In this document: positions 18,883-28,297 of the stretch, one piece after another | Numbering within the stretch: position 1 is the first letter of the stretch | Layout of the letters: each line of letters starts with the position of its first letter | Assembly: GCA_964621305.1 (NCBI GenBank) | Contig: CAZUOM010000001.1 | Span: 229,448-293,447 of the forward strand | Direction of reading: 5' to 3' | Source: an uncultured Gammaproteobacteria bacterium | GTDB lineage: Bacteria; Patescibacteriota; Microgenomatia; UBA10105; UBA927 | Length of the DNA stretch: 64,000 nucleotides | Notes under the pieces: generated by a model | Databases searched by the model: none | What the model saw: only the letters and a program-made list of their open reading frames with translations | What the model was told of the DNA's origin: nothing | Made by a program: the position numbers and the translations under genes

Positions 18883-19578
18883 CTATGTGTCTTGACCATC
18901 AATACTCATTGTATAAATAAATTCACTATCTCCCGCCTGGGATACAAAAGATTCATAGGACAAATGCGGATTCTTCCGAGAAAAGTAAGAAAGGATTTCA
19001 GTGGTAGACAGCCACATCGTCTTACGGCGACCAAGATAATCTAAATAAGACGAAGGCTGCTCTGACAACATTTCCAAGGGGACCCCTTGCAAAGCTAATG
19101 GGTTGCGATGAATATAGCGGGATAGATGCTGGAGCTGTTCATCGGTTGTGACCAGAACTGCTTTATAAACACCTTGATACAGCGGCCCTACCCGTTTATT
19201 TTTCCTATTAAAATACATCGTATATCGAGTGCATAACGAGTTCATAAATGTATCGACAGCTGTTCCCTCCTTCTGTTTGACTAAAAGATGAAAATGGTTC
19301 GGCATGAGACAGTAAGCAAAAAGACGTATCGAGCCAAAAAAATTGTTGAGTTGAAGTGATTTGAGAATCTTATGTTTCTCTTTTGAAGAAACGGTCGGGT
19401 CGGCCAAACGACTACGAAGAGACTTTTTGTCTTTCTGTAGAAGATATTCTTTCAGATACGACAAAAATACACTATAGTCTTGGGCATCTTGAAAGATAAT
19501 CCGCTTCTCTACTCCGCGATTGTAAATATGGTAATACCCATTGGTAACGTAAAGCTTTTCAGAGTTTTTTGCAGGCAT
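18883..19578 (-). CDS. REP-associated tyrosine transposase (IS200/IS605-like Y1 HUH transposase, RAYT), paralog 1
   Basis: 'YHIYNRGVEKRIIF' and HUH motif 'MPNHFHLL'. Flanked by REP type 1 palindromes, with one more inside the CDS (encoding ALQGVPLEM). Confidence 0.7.
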   Translation of the reverse strand: MPAKNSEKLYVTNGYYHIYNRGVEKRIIFQDAQDYSVFLSYLKEYLLQKDKKSLRSRLADPTVSSKEKHKILKSLQLNNFFGSIRLFAYCLMPNHFHLLVKQKEGTAVDTFMNSLCTRYTMYFNRKNKRVGPLYQGVYKAVLVTTDEQLQHLSRYIHRNPLALQGVPLEMLSEQPSSYLDYLGRRKTMWLSTTEILSYFSRKNPHLSYESFVSQAGDSEFIYTMSIDGQDT

Positions 19579-19607
19579 ATATATACTTTATCTTGTCCTC
19601 ACAACTT

Positions 19608-19628
19608 TTACAAGGGGTCCCCTTGTAA
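19608..19628. repeat. REP type 1 extended palindrome ttacaaggggtccccttgtaa (copy c)
   Basis: 21-bp palindrome 30 nt upstream of the RAYT-1 start. Confidence 0.8.
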
Positions 19629-19766
19629 GTGCTCCTTTTGATTACCCCTTTGATTCCTCTTGACAAGGTATGAGCATTGATGATACTTTACGATAAATAT
19701 TGATATCACTTGAAATTCGCTCAGGCGAATTCAAGTGTAAACCCCCGCCCAATAGAAGGAGGACCT

Positions 19767-19967
19767 ATGTCCCTCGGTGATGACTGGCCAGGTCTTTTAA
19801 CTGTCCGCGAAGTGGCAAAAATCCTGCGCGTCTCGCCTCTGACGATCAAACGCTGGGGCAAGCGCGGCAAACTGCCGGCTATTCGCATTAACTCCCGCGG
19901 CGACCGCAGGTATAAAAAAGAGGCGGTCATGTGGTTGTTAGGCCTCCAGCAAAAAGGACAAGGGTAA
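19767..19967 (+). CDS. helix-turn-helix DNA-binding protein (excisionase/AlpA/MerR-like)
   Basis: 'LTVREVAKILRVSPLTIKRWGKRGKLPAIRI' is a classic HTH of the excisionase family. Strong RBS aaggagga before ATG 19767. Confidence 0.55.
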   Translation: MSLGDDWPGLLTVREVAKILRVSPLTIKRWGKRGKLPAIRINSRGDRRYKKEAVMWLLGLQQKGQG

Positions 19968-20064
19968 CGCGGTAACCAAAAAAAACACCCTCTCCTGTTA
20001 AGAAATCCCAAATGGGACGGACTAGAAAGTCCGAGGGTGAAATGCAAAATCTGCGGATATCTTA

Positions 20065-20568
20065 TTAGGTGTTCTTGACGATGATGGCGGGCTGCAAGCG
20101 CAATATCTCGCCGACTGTCAGTTTGCCTTGGTCATAAAGCTTGAGAGCTTTCCCTGCCAAGCCAACCTTGGGGTTGGTGAGCAATTGACGTTCAGTCATT
20201 CCATACTGCTCGAGTATACCCGGAACATCTTTCGCGATCTCTTCCGCCATGTCAATCGCGCCCGAAAGCGCCGACTCCATCATGCTTGCCGCGGCATCCG
20301 ATCCGAAGAGATCAAGAGACGCTGCTGGAGTCACAGCGACGGCGGCTTTGACGAAGCCGTTTGCGACACAGTAACGGAGGAACGCGATTTTCGCCTTCAT
20401 GAGGGTCTCTACAGTCGCGGTCTTGTCAAGCAAATCCAAAAGCACTGTTGGAGTCGCTTCTATGTATGGGCGAAGCATTTTTTTCATCGCAAACCGTTGA
20501 GCGGCAAATTCAGGATGCTTTTGGAGGGCATCCCAAACTTCCTTAGGTTGAACGGGTTTTTTGGACAT
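20065..20568 (-). CDS. hypothetical protein
   Basis: ORF with RBS aaggagaaacaaATG at Met-23 (MSKKPVQ). No recognisable motif. Confidence 0.4.
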   Translation of the reverse strand: MSKKPVQPKEVWDALQKHPEFAAQRFAMKKMLRPYIEATPTVLLDLLDKTATVETLMKAKIAFLRYCVANGFVKAAVAVTPAASLDLFGSDAAASMMESALSGAIDMAEEIAKDVPGILEQYGMTERQLLTNPKVGLAGKALKLYDQGKLTVGEILRLQPAIIVKNT

Positions 20569-20608
20569 TTGTTTCTCCTTTTTGTTTAAGTGTGTCCGCT
20601 GCTGATAG

Positions 20609-21214
20609 CTACCAGCCGTGGGTGATGCGTTCAAATTGCCGATTTACTCCTGGCAATGGTCGAGGATCAGGACGCTTTTCCCAGCCTGTCTCCGTTTTCT
20701 GTTCAAACCAGCGATGGATTTCAAAAATGTTGTCGCTATCGCTGTAGTACGGCAGAAGGGAATCGGCGCTTGGGGATTGATTGCCTTTTGGGACGGGATA
20801 GAGTCTGAGAAGTTCCTCAAGATCTGTACCTTCCCAAAGAACTTTTGGCTTTCCCGGATCTTGACCTATTGCGTTGATTGTCTCAAGAACCCGGTACGTG
20901 GTCGGCGGTGGCCACTTGGCAATGATTCCGAGGGCTCGTTGATAGTGTGTGTCATATCCCCAGGGACACGCCTTGGGCCGTCCCATTGAGTCGTAAAGTC
21001 TTTCAAAAACGACCTTATCACCCTCTCGGGGATCTCGCAGGTGTTTATTGTTAAGCACCGCCCCGATAAATTGTGGTCCACGCTTTCCTTTGACGGCGTT
21101 GATTATCTGACCGTCGTTGAAGTGAAACCACAGCTGTTCCTCGGCATCATCGTCAGGAACAATGAACCCGAACCGTTTCTGCGTATTAAACCACTTGACT
21201 CTTCCGCTTTCCAT
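20609..21214 (-). CDS. cold-shock-domain protein with C-terminal extension
   Basis: 'GRVKWFNTQKRFGFIVPDDDAEEQLWFHF' resembles the CspA CSD (GxVKWFNxxKGFGFI). About 130-aa unknown C-terminal region. Start is at Met-8 with RBS. Confidence 0.6.
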   Translation of the reverse strand: MESGRVKWFNTQKRFGFIVPDDDAEEQLWFHFNDGQIINAVKGKRGPQFIGAVLNNKHLRDPREGDKVVFERLYDSMGRPKACPWGYDTHYQRALGIIAKWPPPTTYRVLETINAIGQDPGKPKVLWEGTDLEELLRLYPVPKGNQSPSADSLLPYYSDSDNIFEIHRWFEQKTETGWEKRPDPRPLPGVNRQFERITHGW

Positions 21215-21452
21215 ATCACTCACTCCTTCCCTCAAGGCTCACCTACAATAGGTGGCTAACTGCCTACCAAGGCCGATAAACAGATAGCCACCTACAAAGT
21301 GAGTTTTCCGCAGATTGTAAACGTGCAAAGAAAAAAATCCACCAACAAGGCCCAGCAAAAGCGCTGATTGGTGACTTATAATCAAGGAGTCTATCAGAAG
21401 AAGAAGAAGAAGTCAAGATACTATAAGATATAAAAGGGATCATTATGATAAA

Positions 21453-21875
21453 ATGCCTTGCGGCTTCCTGCGCAGCATAGAAAATTTTATGACACAGCCT
21501 GAAACAACCGAGCAACTGGTGGTTTCCGTTCAAATTTTACGGGATATATTAGAGGCGGGATCTTCCGATTCGCCTACGGAATTTCGGTCTCTTCGCGGCA
21601 AACCGCTGACACAAAAAGATCTTGTCACGGCAATCCGCACGGCATTTCAGTACGAAAAAATAAAACTATCTCACGGTCGCGATAATAGAATTATTGTGGT
21701 TGGGGTCACCCGGGTAAAAGACCGGGACATTCCCACAGTCCTCATGGATTCCGAATTTGTGAATCACTCTACCCCAGAAGGACTCAAAGCGGCTATTGAA
21801 AACGGCATAATCAATCCTAGGAAAATCATCCGTAGCTTATATAGTTTGGTAGTTAAAGAACTGGTTGTTGAATAA
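21453..21875 (+). CDS. hypothetical protein
   Basis: 140-aa ORF, no motif. Start uncertain. Confidence 0.3.
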   Translation: MPCGFLRSIENFMTQPETTEQLVVSVQILRDILEAGSSDSPTEFRSLRGKPLTQKDLVTAIRTAFQYEKIKLSHGRDNRIIVVGVTRVKDRDIPTVLMDSEFVNHSTPEGLKAAIENGIINPRKIIRSLYSLVVKELVVE

Positions 21876-21880
21876 TGGTT

Positions 21881-22387
21881 TTATTTTGGCAATCCAATGG
21901 TAGACAGGGACGCATTGGTATACTCGCTCTGACCCGAAACTTCGCGACCAAACCAGTCCGGCGGAATAAAATCGTGTGCGTCATTAAGAGAGGCAAATTC
22001 GACTTCAACTGTTGCAAGCTCCGCCAGATTCCCTGCATAAATATCCAATTGCGCCGTGGCTCCCGATTCAATTGGTATCATATAGCGGCATTTCGTGAGG
22101 CGCTTGCCTTCTGTCAGAGGCCAGAGTTTTTCAAACTGATCACGGGACAATATAACTTCCGTTTCCGGGTGTTCTATGCCGGTTCCGGACTTTACCGTCA
22201 AAAACCACATCTGATGTTCCCCTTCTTTTACATGGCGAAGCCTAAAAACGGACTCCTGGGAAATTGCGATATAGCCCTGGGATATTTCCTGATAAACAAC
22301 AGCATCAAGTCCCTCTGGTATATCCCGAACTAAAAATTTCCGCTCGATTTCTACGTTACTCATACGATTGAATTCTATAGATTTCAT
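21881..22387 (-). CDS. CYTH-domain protein (CyaB/thiamine-triphosphatase-like triphosphate tunnel metalloenzyme)
   Basis: N-terminal 'EIERKFLV' is the CYTH signature. 168 aa. Confidence 0.75.
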   Translation of the reverse strand: MKSIEFNRMSNVEIERKFLVRDIPEGLDAVVYQEISQGYIAISQESVFRLRHVKEGEHQMWFLTVKSGTGIEHPETEVILSRDQFEKLWPLTEGKRLTKCRYMIPIESGATAQLDIYAGNLAELATVEVEFASLNDAHDFIPPDWFGREVSGQSEYTNASLSTIGLPK

Positions 22388-22540
22388 AAATACAAATTAT
22401 ACACCAATATACATCCAATACATAAAAAAAGACCTCTCCTTCCCACTCCACATTTTTCAGACCAACGAATGAGCGCTTTGGCTCACTGTAGAATTCTGAA
22501 AGTTTTGAGTAGATCTGAAAGAGAGGTCTTGAATGGGAGC

Positions 22541-22765
22541 CTAGGCTTTTTTAGCCTGCTCCAAGAGTTCTTGCCCGCGGGGCGAGGATTTCGAAACCCA
22601 CTTTTTGTTCTCCTCGTCCCAGATCGTATTCATCGCCTGTGCCACGTAGGCGGGTGAATTGGCAAGAGCATCAATCCTTGCTTTTTCCCGCAACTGCGCC
22701 GCGCCTGGGTGAATTGCCAAAGCCGCATCCGCAATTGCCTTTCTTAACGTATTCCGTAAACTCAT
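22541..22765 (-). CDS. small hypothetical protein
   Basis: 74 aa with RBS caggaggtaaggaaaATG. Confidence 0.35.
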   Translation of the reverse strand: MSLRNTLRKAIADAALAIHPGAAQLREKARIDALANSPAYVAQAMNTIWDEENKKWVSKSSPRGQELLEQAKKA

Positions 22766-22956
22766 TTTCCTTACCTCCTGAAAAAAGATTGTAGCTCAGG
22801 GCTACTTCGCAAATACAAAAGTTGCACCCACGAAGTAACCCTGAGCCTGAATGGAGGAAGCAAATTCCATCTCCTGTCAACGAGCGAAAAAAACAATACC
22901 GCAGCTTGGAGCGGTACGTTTTAGGTCCTAACTGTAGCACAAAAATGCTTTAATTG

Positions 22957-24618
22957 TCAAATTCCTATGGGCCTATCCGGCAGAGATTCTATCGCATGCG
23001 CTAGCGACGGCGCTTTTGTAAACCATCGAGCGGCAAGGGCACGCTTGGTTTCTCCAACAAGCGCGCTCAACTTCTCCCTCCCCAGCGCATCAACTACCGC
23101 CTGAAAATAGCGCACTTCCGGTGTTTTTTGCAGCTCGGCAACAAGTTCGTCTGCGTTGACTGGTTTGGCGACATGCGGCCCCATAGCCATAGTAAGATAC
23201 GCTGCCACCGTATCGGCGTAGTGTTCCTCTTCAAACTGGAGAGCCGCCCGGATTAATTCCTCCTGATCACCTTCCGAAAGCCTTCCTGTATAATCGCCAT
23301 CAACCACAAGTTTCATACAGTAAAATCCCGTACGGCGCGCCACGGCATCAATTGCCTGCAACGGATTTTTATACTTGATCCCCTGCATAATCATGCCTCT
23401 GTATAACTCCACAGCTTGTCCGGCAATCGGATCAAGACGGCTTAATATGTCCACCAACCGCCCAATCCGCTCCTCGACAAGATAGGACAAAAGCATTTCG
23501 CTAAACTCGTCACTAAGAAACCTGCTAAATTTCCCCACCCAAGGAAGAAGAAAGTACCGCTCGCCCATGTCAAACATTGACTTCCTAGAATCATTCCATA
23601 ATAACTGCGGCAAACCATCTATGTCTATGCAACTTTTGTCCGCTACACATTGCAAAACAGTACTTTGAAATGAGTTTCCTTTTAGGGAAGGATCAAGCGA
23701 AACCATAGTTTTTATCCCCCGAGCGTGCGCCTCCCACCTGGCTGACAACAGCCGCGGTAATGTAGAAACATGAACGAGCTGTAAAACTCGCGGATACCGT
23801 ACAAAAAGGCTCATCGCGTGAGACAATTCATGAGCAACAATAAACGTAGTGATAAACTGTTTCTGTTCCGGAATCGTCGCCTGTTCATAATACCTTAAGA
23901 TTTCGTCCTCCCGATCGACATGAATTTCCCGTAGAGGAGAATTATAACCAGCAGCCCGATCAGCAGTCACTTCTCCCAAAACGATGTCAACCGGCACAGG
24001 AGAAACGCGGCGTACATCGGAAATCCCCCGGCGAAGCCGAGGTTGAGGAGGTCCATCGACCGGATCTTTATCCCGGACATTAGGCTCCTGAAACTTATTG
24101 CCAACTTTATTCCAAAGATTGAGCACAGCATCAATCGGATAAGCTTTCGCTGTTTTGTCTTTTGATAATTTTGTCACCTCCATCACTGCCTGATTGAAAA
24201 TCGTCCGCGCTGACTGAGGTGTTAATTTGTGCGTTTGGTCATTAGAGATAGTCTGGCCAATTAAATCTATAGTTCCTTTCAATATCTTCAGATCAACAAT
24301 CGCTGGAAGATAGAGTTCTCTTTGTGGCAGATCAACCACAAAGGTAAAATCTGGATGAGGAAATAATTTGCTCATGTCCGGAAAACCAGACATGCTGGCG
24401 ACAAACGCTTCACAAGATGCATAAGCTGACTGGATATTTGTCCACAAGCGCTCAAACTCCTCCCTGTCCACTCTGCTAAACCACTGGCCTATACCATACC
24501 ACACTGCCTGTGCAGCTTCTTGGACCTGTTTTGAAGCTGAAGCGGCTGTCCCAACAGCAATGCCGCCGCCTACTGCTGCACTCATTTTAAGAAATTCCCG
24601 ACGGTTCAGATCGTCCAT
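22957..24618 (-). CDS. Tat-signal secreted protein with HExxH (putative zinc metalloprotease)
   Basis: N-terminal 'RREFLKMSAAVGGGIAVGTAASA' twin-arginine signal. Internal 'VAHELSHAMS' HExxH. 553 aa. Confidence 0.5.
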   Translation of the reverse strand: MDDLNRREFLKMSAAVGGGIAVGTAASASKQVQEAAQAVWYGIGQWFSRVDREEFERLWTNIQSAYASCEAFVASMSGFPDMSKLFPHPDFTFVVDLPQRELYLPAIVDLKILKGTIDLIGQTISNDQTHKLTPQSARTIFNQAVMEVTKLSKDKTAKAYPIDAVLNLWNKVGNKFQEPNVRDKDPVDGPPQPRLRRGISDVRRVSPVPVDIVLGEVTADRAAGYNSPLREIHVDREDEILRYYEQATIPEQKQFITTFIVAHELSHAMSLFVRYPRVLQLVHVSTLPRLLSARWEAHARGIKTMVSLDPSLKGNSFQSTVLQCVADKSCIDIDGLPQLLWNDSRKSMFDMGERYFLLPWVGKFSRFLSDEFSEMLLSYLVEERIGRLVDILSRLDPIAGQAVELYRGMIMQGIKYKNPLQAIDAVARRTGFYCMKLVVDGDYTGRLSEGDQEELIRAALQFEEEHYADTVAAYLTMAMGPHVAKPVNADELVAELQKTPEVRYFQAVVDALGREKLSALVGETKRALAARWFTKAPSLAHAIESLPDRPIGI

Positions 24619-25024
24619 ATGAGTGAATCATAGATGTTACCATATTATAGGATATTAATCAAACCATTGACGATAAATCAACGGAGGTATAAAATGCTCA
24701 TCTGTTTCAACAAATCTTATGGGTGAGTATCTTTCGCAAGAATAGTTACAAGATATTTTAGAGTCTGAGCACGGCCTAATTTTTTTTCCGAAACGATCAC
24801 TTGTGCTGCCAGAGATAGCCCAAGACCACCTCGCAAGACTTGTGAAACCAGGAAAATTAGAAACTGCGTTAAAAGGAATAGGTTTTATTCAACAATATCT
24901 TGCAGGAAATGCGGTTGGCGACACATGGGGTAGTAATCATGAAGCAAGACGAAAATGGACTAGTCAGCTTGTCAAGCAATACGGTGAGTCTTTTTTTTAA
25001 AATCGATTGAAGCGTTGGGTTTAT

Positions 25025-25981
25025 TTAAAGGAACTGCTTGAGTAATTTTTTTGCCGTATTTTTTATCACTGGGCTGACAACTACTTCCACAACCCCCTCC
25101 CCAGGCTGGCCGTAGTAGACGATCGCGCCTTCAGGCGCGTGTACCACTACCGGAAGAGCAAGAAGGTCCTCCTCTCCTTTGACAATGAGGAGGGTAGGCC
25201 TGCAATGGGTAGCCCAGGCAGCAATTGCTGTCTGCGCCGTACTGCTAATATAGCCCGGTCCGCTTTCAACAGCCATACTATAATACAAAAGGATCTCTGG
25301 AACTTTTGCCAGAGTGTCGTGAATTTTACGGGCAATATGCAGGTCTATAATGGATAAATTCGGAATACTACCAAGCCCCAAGGCCGTCTCCGTGGTGGCG
25401 TCGCCCACGGTAATTGTGATAGCAGCCGTTGGCTGAAGCGCTTTGTCAATAGCCTTACCCGTCAGCACCCTTCCTAGGGGCCTCCTTAGCTCTGGACGAA
25501 GGCTATCTGGCAATATCAGCTTTCCAAACGCAGTAATCTCACCCCCCCTTATACGTGATGAGGAAATCGGCTGCCCGTCGTCGGCGGCAACGATGGGCAC
25601 CTCGATCAGAGCCACGGGTGACAGGGCGAGACCCTGTCGCAGCTCATTGATACGCTCCCCGGTTGTTCTGTTCTCTGCAGTCACGATGATGGCCGTCAAA
25701 TCCGGCATGCTCGCCGCCGGCTCGTAGGGGTTATCAATAAAAATTATTTTCGCCCGATCAATAAATCCCTGATCAGTCAACCATTGCACAACTGCCTGTT
25801 TCCGTTTTGTTTGGTCATTGTGATTTGTGATTTGTGATTTGTAGGCGCGTATAAACGAATCGCTTGTTACGCCAACCGTTACCCTCTCCCCCTCCTCAAG
25901 CGCCCGGGTTAACAAGGCAATGTGTCCTTTGTGGAGCCCGTCGAAAGTGCCGGCAACAAAGACGTGGGGAAAGCGGTTCAT
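25025..25981 (-). CDS. fusion of archaeal-type phosphopantetheine adenylyltransferase (cytidylyltransferase fold) and DUF359 GTP-dependent dephospho-CoA kinase-like domain
   Basis: N-terminal 'VAGTFDGLHKGHIALL' (T/HxGH nucleotidyltransferase). C-terminal 'LRRPLGRVL...ITVGDATTETALGLGSIPNLSIIDLHIARK...IVKGEEDLLALPVVVHAPEGAIVYYGQPGEGVV' matches remembered DUF359 conserved blocks (VGD...D.K.R, GEEDL, YGQP). Confidence 0.55.
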   Translation of the reverse strand: MNRFPHVFVAGTFDGLHKGHIALLTRALEEGERVTVGVTSDSFIRAYKSQITNHNDQTKRKQAVVQWLTDQGFIDRAKIIFIDNPYEPAASMPDLTAIIVTAENRTTGERINELRQGLALSPVALIEVPIVAADDGQPISSSRIRGGEITAFGKLILPDSLRPELRRPLGRVLTGKAIDKALQPTAAITITVGDATTETALGLGSIPNLSIIDLHIARKIHDTLAKVPEILLYYSMAVESGPGYISSTAQTAIAAWATHCRPTLLIVKGEEDLLALPVVVHAPEGAIVYYGQPGEGVVEVVVSPVIKNTAKKLLKQFL

Positions 25982-26256
25982 GATCGTTGATAGTGATCGT
26001 TTATATCGACAACCTCAATAGTCGCAGGGGTTTTAAAGATAAAAACGGCGCGATATTTTTTGTCAATGCGAAATGAATAAATTTTAAACTCTTTCGGTTC
26101 CAACCTTTCTGTATTCAAGGAGGGGTGTCTGGGATTCGCTAGAAATAGCACCCTTTGCTTTTCAAACTTTCTGATGAGTCCGCGTTTGACCAAAAATTTC
26201 CGCAGGTCCGGCCGAAGGGGTTCAACTTGCATACCAGGAGGATTTCTTGAGACCAC
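25978..26256 (-). CDS. RelE/YoeB-family type II toxin (mRNA interferase)
   Basis: 'KIYSFRIDKKYRAVFIFKTPATIEVVDINDHYQ' fits the RelE/Txe-YoeB C-terminal pattern. Overlaps the upstream RHH gene. Confidence 0.6.
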   Translation of the reverse strand: MVSRNPPGMQVEPLRPDLRKFLVKRGLIRKFEKQRVLFLANPRHPSLNTERLEPKEFKIYSFRIDKKYRAVFIFKTPATIEVVDINDHYQRS

Positions 26257-26485
26257 TTACTACGCTGGTAATAAATTTTTTGTTGTACTTGCCGGTTTTC
26301 TCCATGCCCCTTTTAATTTCTTCAATGGGTCGCCTCTCAAATGCCTCAAACTCCAGATCCTTAAAAAAGTACTTGCGCAGAAGTGCACGGAAAAACTCAC
26401 TCCTTGTCGCAAAGCCACTTTTATGCGTTTCCACATCAACTTGCTGTAAAATCTGGTCTGGGAGAGAAATCGTCAAAGTCGCCAT
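26222..26485 (-). CDS. ribbon-helix-helix (CopG-like) antitoxin
   Basis: 'MATLTISLPDQILQQVD...RSEFFRALLRK' RHH fold signature. Upstream of and overlapping the toxin. Confidence 0.6.
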   Translation of the reverse strand: MATLTISLPDQILQQVDVETHKSGFATRSEFFRALLRKYFFKDLEFEAFERRPIEEIKRGMEKTGKYNKKFITSVVSGLKKSSWYAS

Positions 26486-26536
26486 AATAAGAAATTATAA
26501 CAAAATTTATGAATTTTTGTCAAGACCTGGGGAAAT

Positions 26537-27493
26537 TTACGCATAGGCGACGTGTTGGATAAGAGTTTTGGCCCGATTCAGATGATCTTGGGCAAGTACG
26601 ATTTCAAAAGGACTCCGATCGTTTATGCACCAAAACTCCCCGGTTCCGATATATTTTTGCATACCATCCAGAAAGATTTGCTCATCGTATTGTCCGACCG
26701 TTATGCGATTTGCGGCAAGTTGAACTAAAGCAGCTTCAACCAGATGCCCGTCATTGTGATAAGGATCGCGGTGGCTTAGTGACAATTCGATAATATGCGG
26801 TTTGTTCTCCCGGTCTACATATACCACGTCAAAGGGGTGGGCAACGATAATCCTGCCATCAAAAAAAACGGCTACGCTCTGCTCGAAATAAAGCTTTGTT
26901 GCCTCGTGGGCAACCCGATCAATAGCTGGGGCAAACTGGCGCAGATCAACTCTCACCCCGGCAGGATTCTTGATGACCGTTTCAACCCCCAAGCCAAGCT
27001 GTGTTCCATTCAATCGATTATGAAAATCGTCAAAAAAAGCCGTTAACACGTCTTCTGTCTCATGGCTTTTGGCAAGCTCTCCTCCCAACCGTATGATGGA
27101 ATCCCCAATTGCAAAGGCTTTATTGTGGTGATGACCCATAAAATGAACCAGTGCACCTGTCCTGGCATCTTGGCGGGACATGAGTCCGTCGGTAACGCTG
27201 GTCTTGGTCCACCACTTCCAAAGCATCGTCGCGTAGACAGCCTGTTCTGCCTCGCGACCCAGCTGTTCTGCGTTGGGAAAGAGAACTATTTTTTCCGGCT
27301 TTGGCTTCAGGACTTTTTCTACACGCGACAGTGGGAGAACCCGGAAAGGCTGCGCAATTGGGTGACGACTGTGCCTCGTTCGCCATGATTGTTTTTCAAT
27401 AGCAGCTGCAGCGTCGGCAATATCTTCTGACGAAGGAGGACGTACAGTTTTGCGACGGATCTTATCATCAAACAAAGGATCTTCTGTGCCCAT
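26537..27493 (-). CDS. hypothetical protein
   Basis: 318 aa, His-rich 'HFMGHHHNKAF', no recognised family. Confidence 0.4.
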   Translation of the reverse strand: MGTEDPLFDDKIRRKTVRPPSSEDIADAAAAIEKQSWRTRHSRHPIAQPFRVLPLSRVEKVLKPKPEKIVLFPNAEQLGREAEQAVYATMLWKWWTKTSVTDGLMSRQDARTGALVHFMGHHHNKAFAIGDSIIRLGGELAKSHETEDVLTAFFDDFHNRLNGTQLGLGVETVIKNPAGVRVDLRQFAPAIDRVAHEATKLYFEQSVAVFFDGRIIVAHPFDVVYVDRENKPHIIELSLSHRDPYHNDGHLVEAALVQLAANRITVGQYDEQIFLDGMQKYIGTGEFWCINDRSPFEIVLAQDHLNRAKTLIQHVAYA

Positions 27494-27524
27494 AGGCTGA
27501 TACTACCGATTATATCAGCTTTTC

Positions 27525-28277
27525 GTGTGCAAAGTACGCTACTTGACTCAACTATGGGGCATAGCTATACTACTCCCCCATATGTCAAAAGAAGACAATT
27601 CTCACGATAAATTAGGGGAGATGCAAGCTCATCTGGAAAAAAATCGTGAGACTATTAAAGAGCAGTGTGTCGCCCTCGTCCTCGCAGCAACGGAAGTTGC
27701 CGACTCCATGATCACCAACACGCTATGCTCAGACGATGACAAACAAATCCTAAGCACAGGCATTAGTTACCTTTGGAGTTTTGTCGATAATGATATCGTT
27801 GCGTTTAATGTCTCTCCCCATGTCCCATCTAAAAAAGACAAGCTCCCAAAGTTATTCCCCCGTGAACACCGAGGTGTTGAATTCTCACTGAGCACCAAAG
27901 ACAATACCATCATCTACGTTATGCTCTACGGAGGCATGCGCGATCCAAAGCATCCAGCAGATTATAACGATCGCGACCGACTGCAGCGTCAAGGACATGC
28001 TCCGGCAACCATCGAAACGGTATCGAAGCAAACATTTATCGGTATGAGGCTCGTGAGTGGAAACGGCAGACCATTGACCGAAATTTGGATTACGCACGAA
28101 ACCGGCAGACAATTCCGTCTAAATAGCTTTACGCTCTTTATTCCTAAAAAGAAACACCCATCCGGGGCTTGTCACCCAACACTCCAGTCCAAAGACCAGC
28201 AATTTTCCAATCTTGATAAAAGAACCGGTGCGATAAAAACCGCACTTGCCGACCTGATTCCGAGCGTACCAGAGTAA
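27525..28277 (+). CDS. hypothetical protein
   Basis: 250-aa ORF. Start may be Met-21 (27585). Confidence 0.35.
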   Translation: MCKVRYLTQLWGIAILLPHMSKEDNSHDKLGEMQAHLEKNRETIKEQCVALVLAATEVADSMITNTLCSDDDKQILSTGISYLWSFVDNDIVAFNVSPHVPSKKDKLPKLFPREHRGVEFSLSTKDNTIIYVMLYGGMRDPKHPADYNDRDRLQRQGHAPATIETVSKQTFIGMRLVSGNGRPLTEIWITHETGRQFRLNSFTLFIPKKKHPSGACHPTLQSKDQQFSNLDKRTGAIKTALADLIPSVPE

Positions 28278-28297
28278 TACCATCCACGAGGGGATTT

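Noticed and set aside
24803-25000. 65-aa ORF on the plus strand between the Tat protein and the PPAT-DUF359 gene
   Set aside because: No RBS or motif. The intergenic region is more likely the promoter region of the flanking minus-strand genes.
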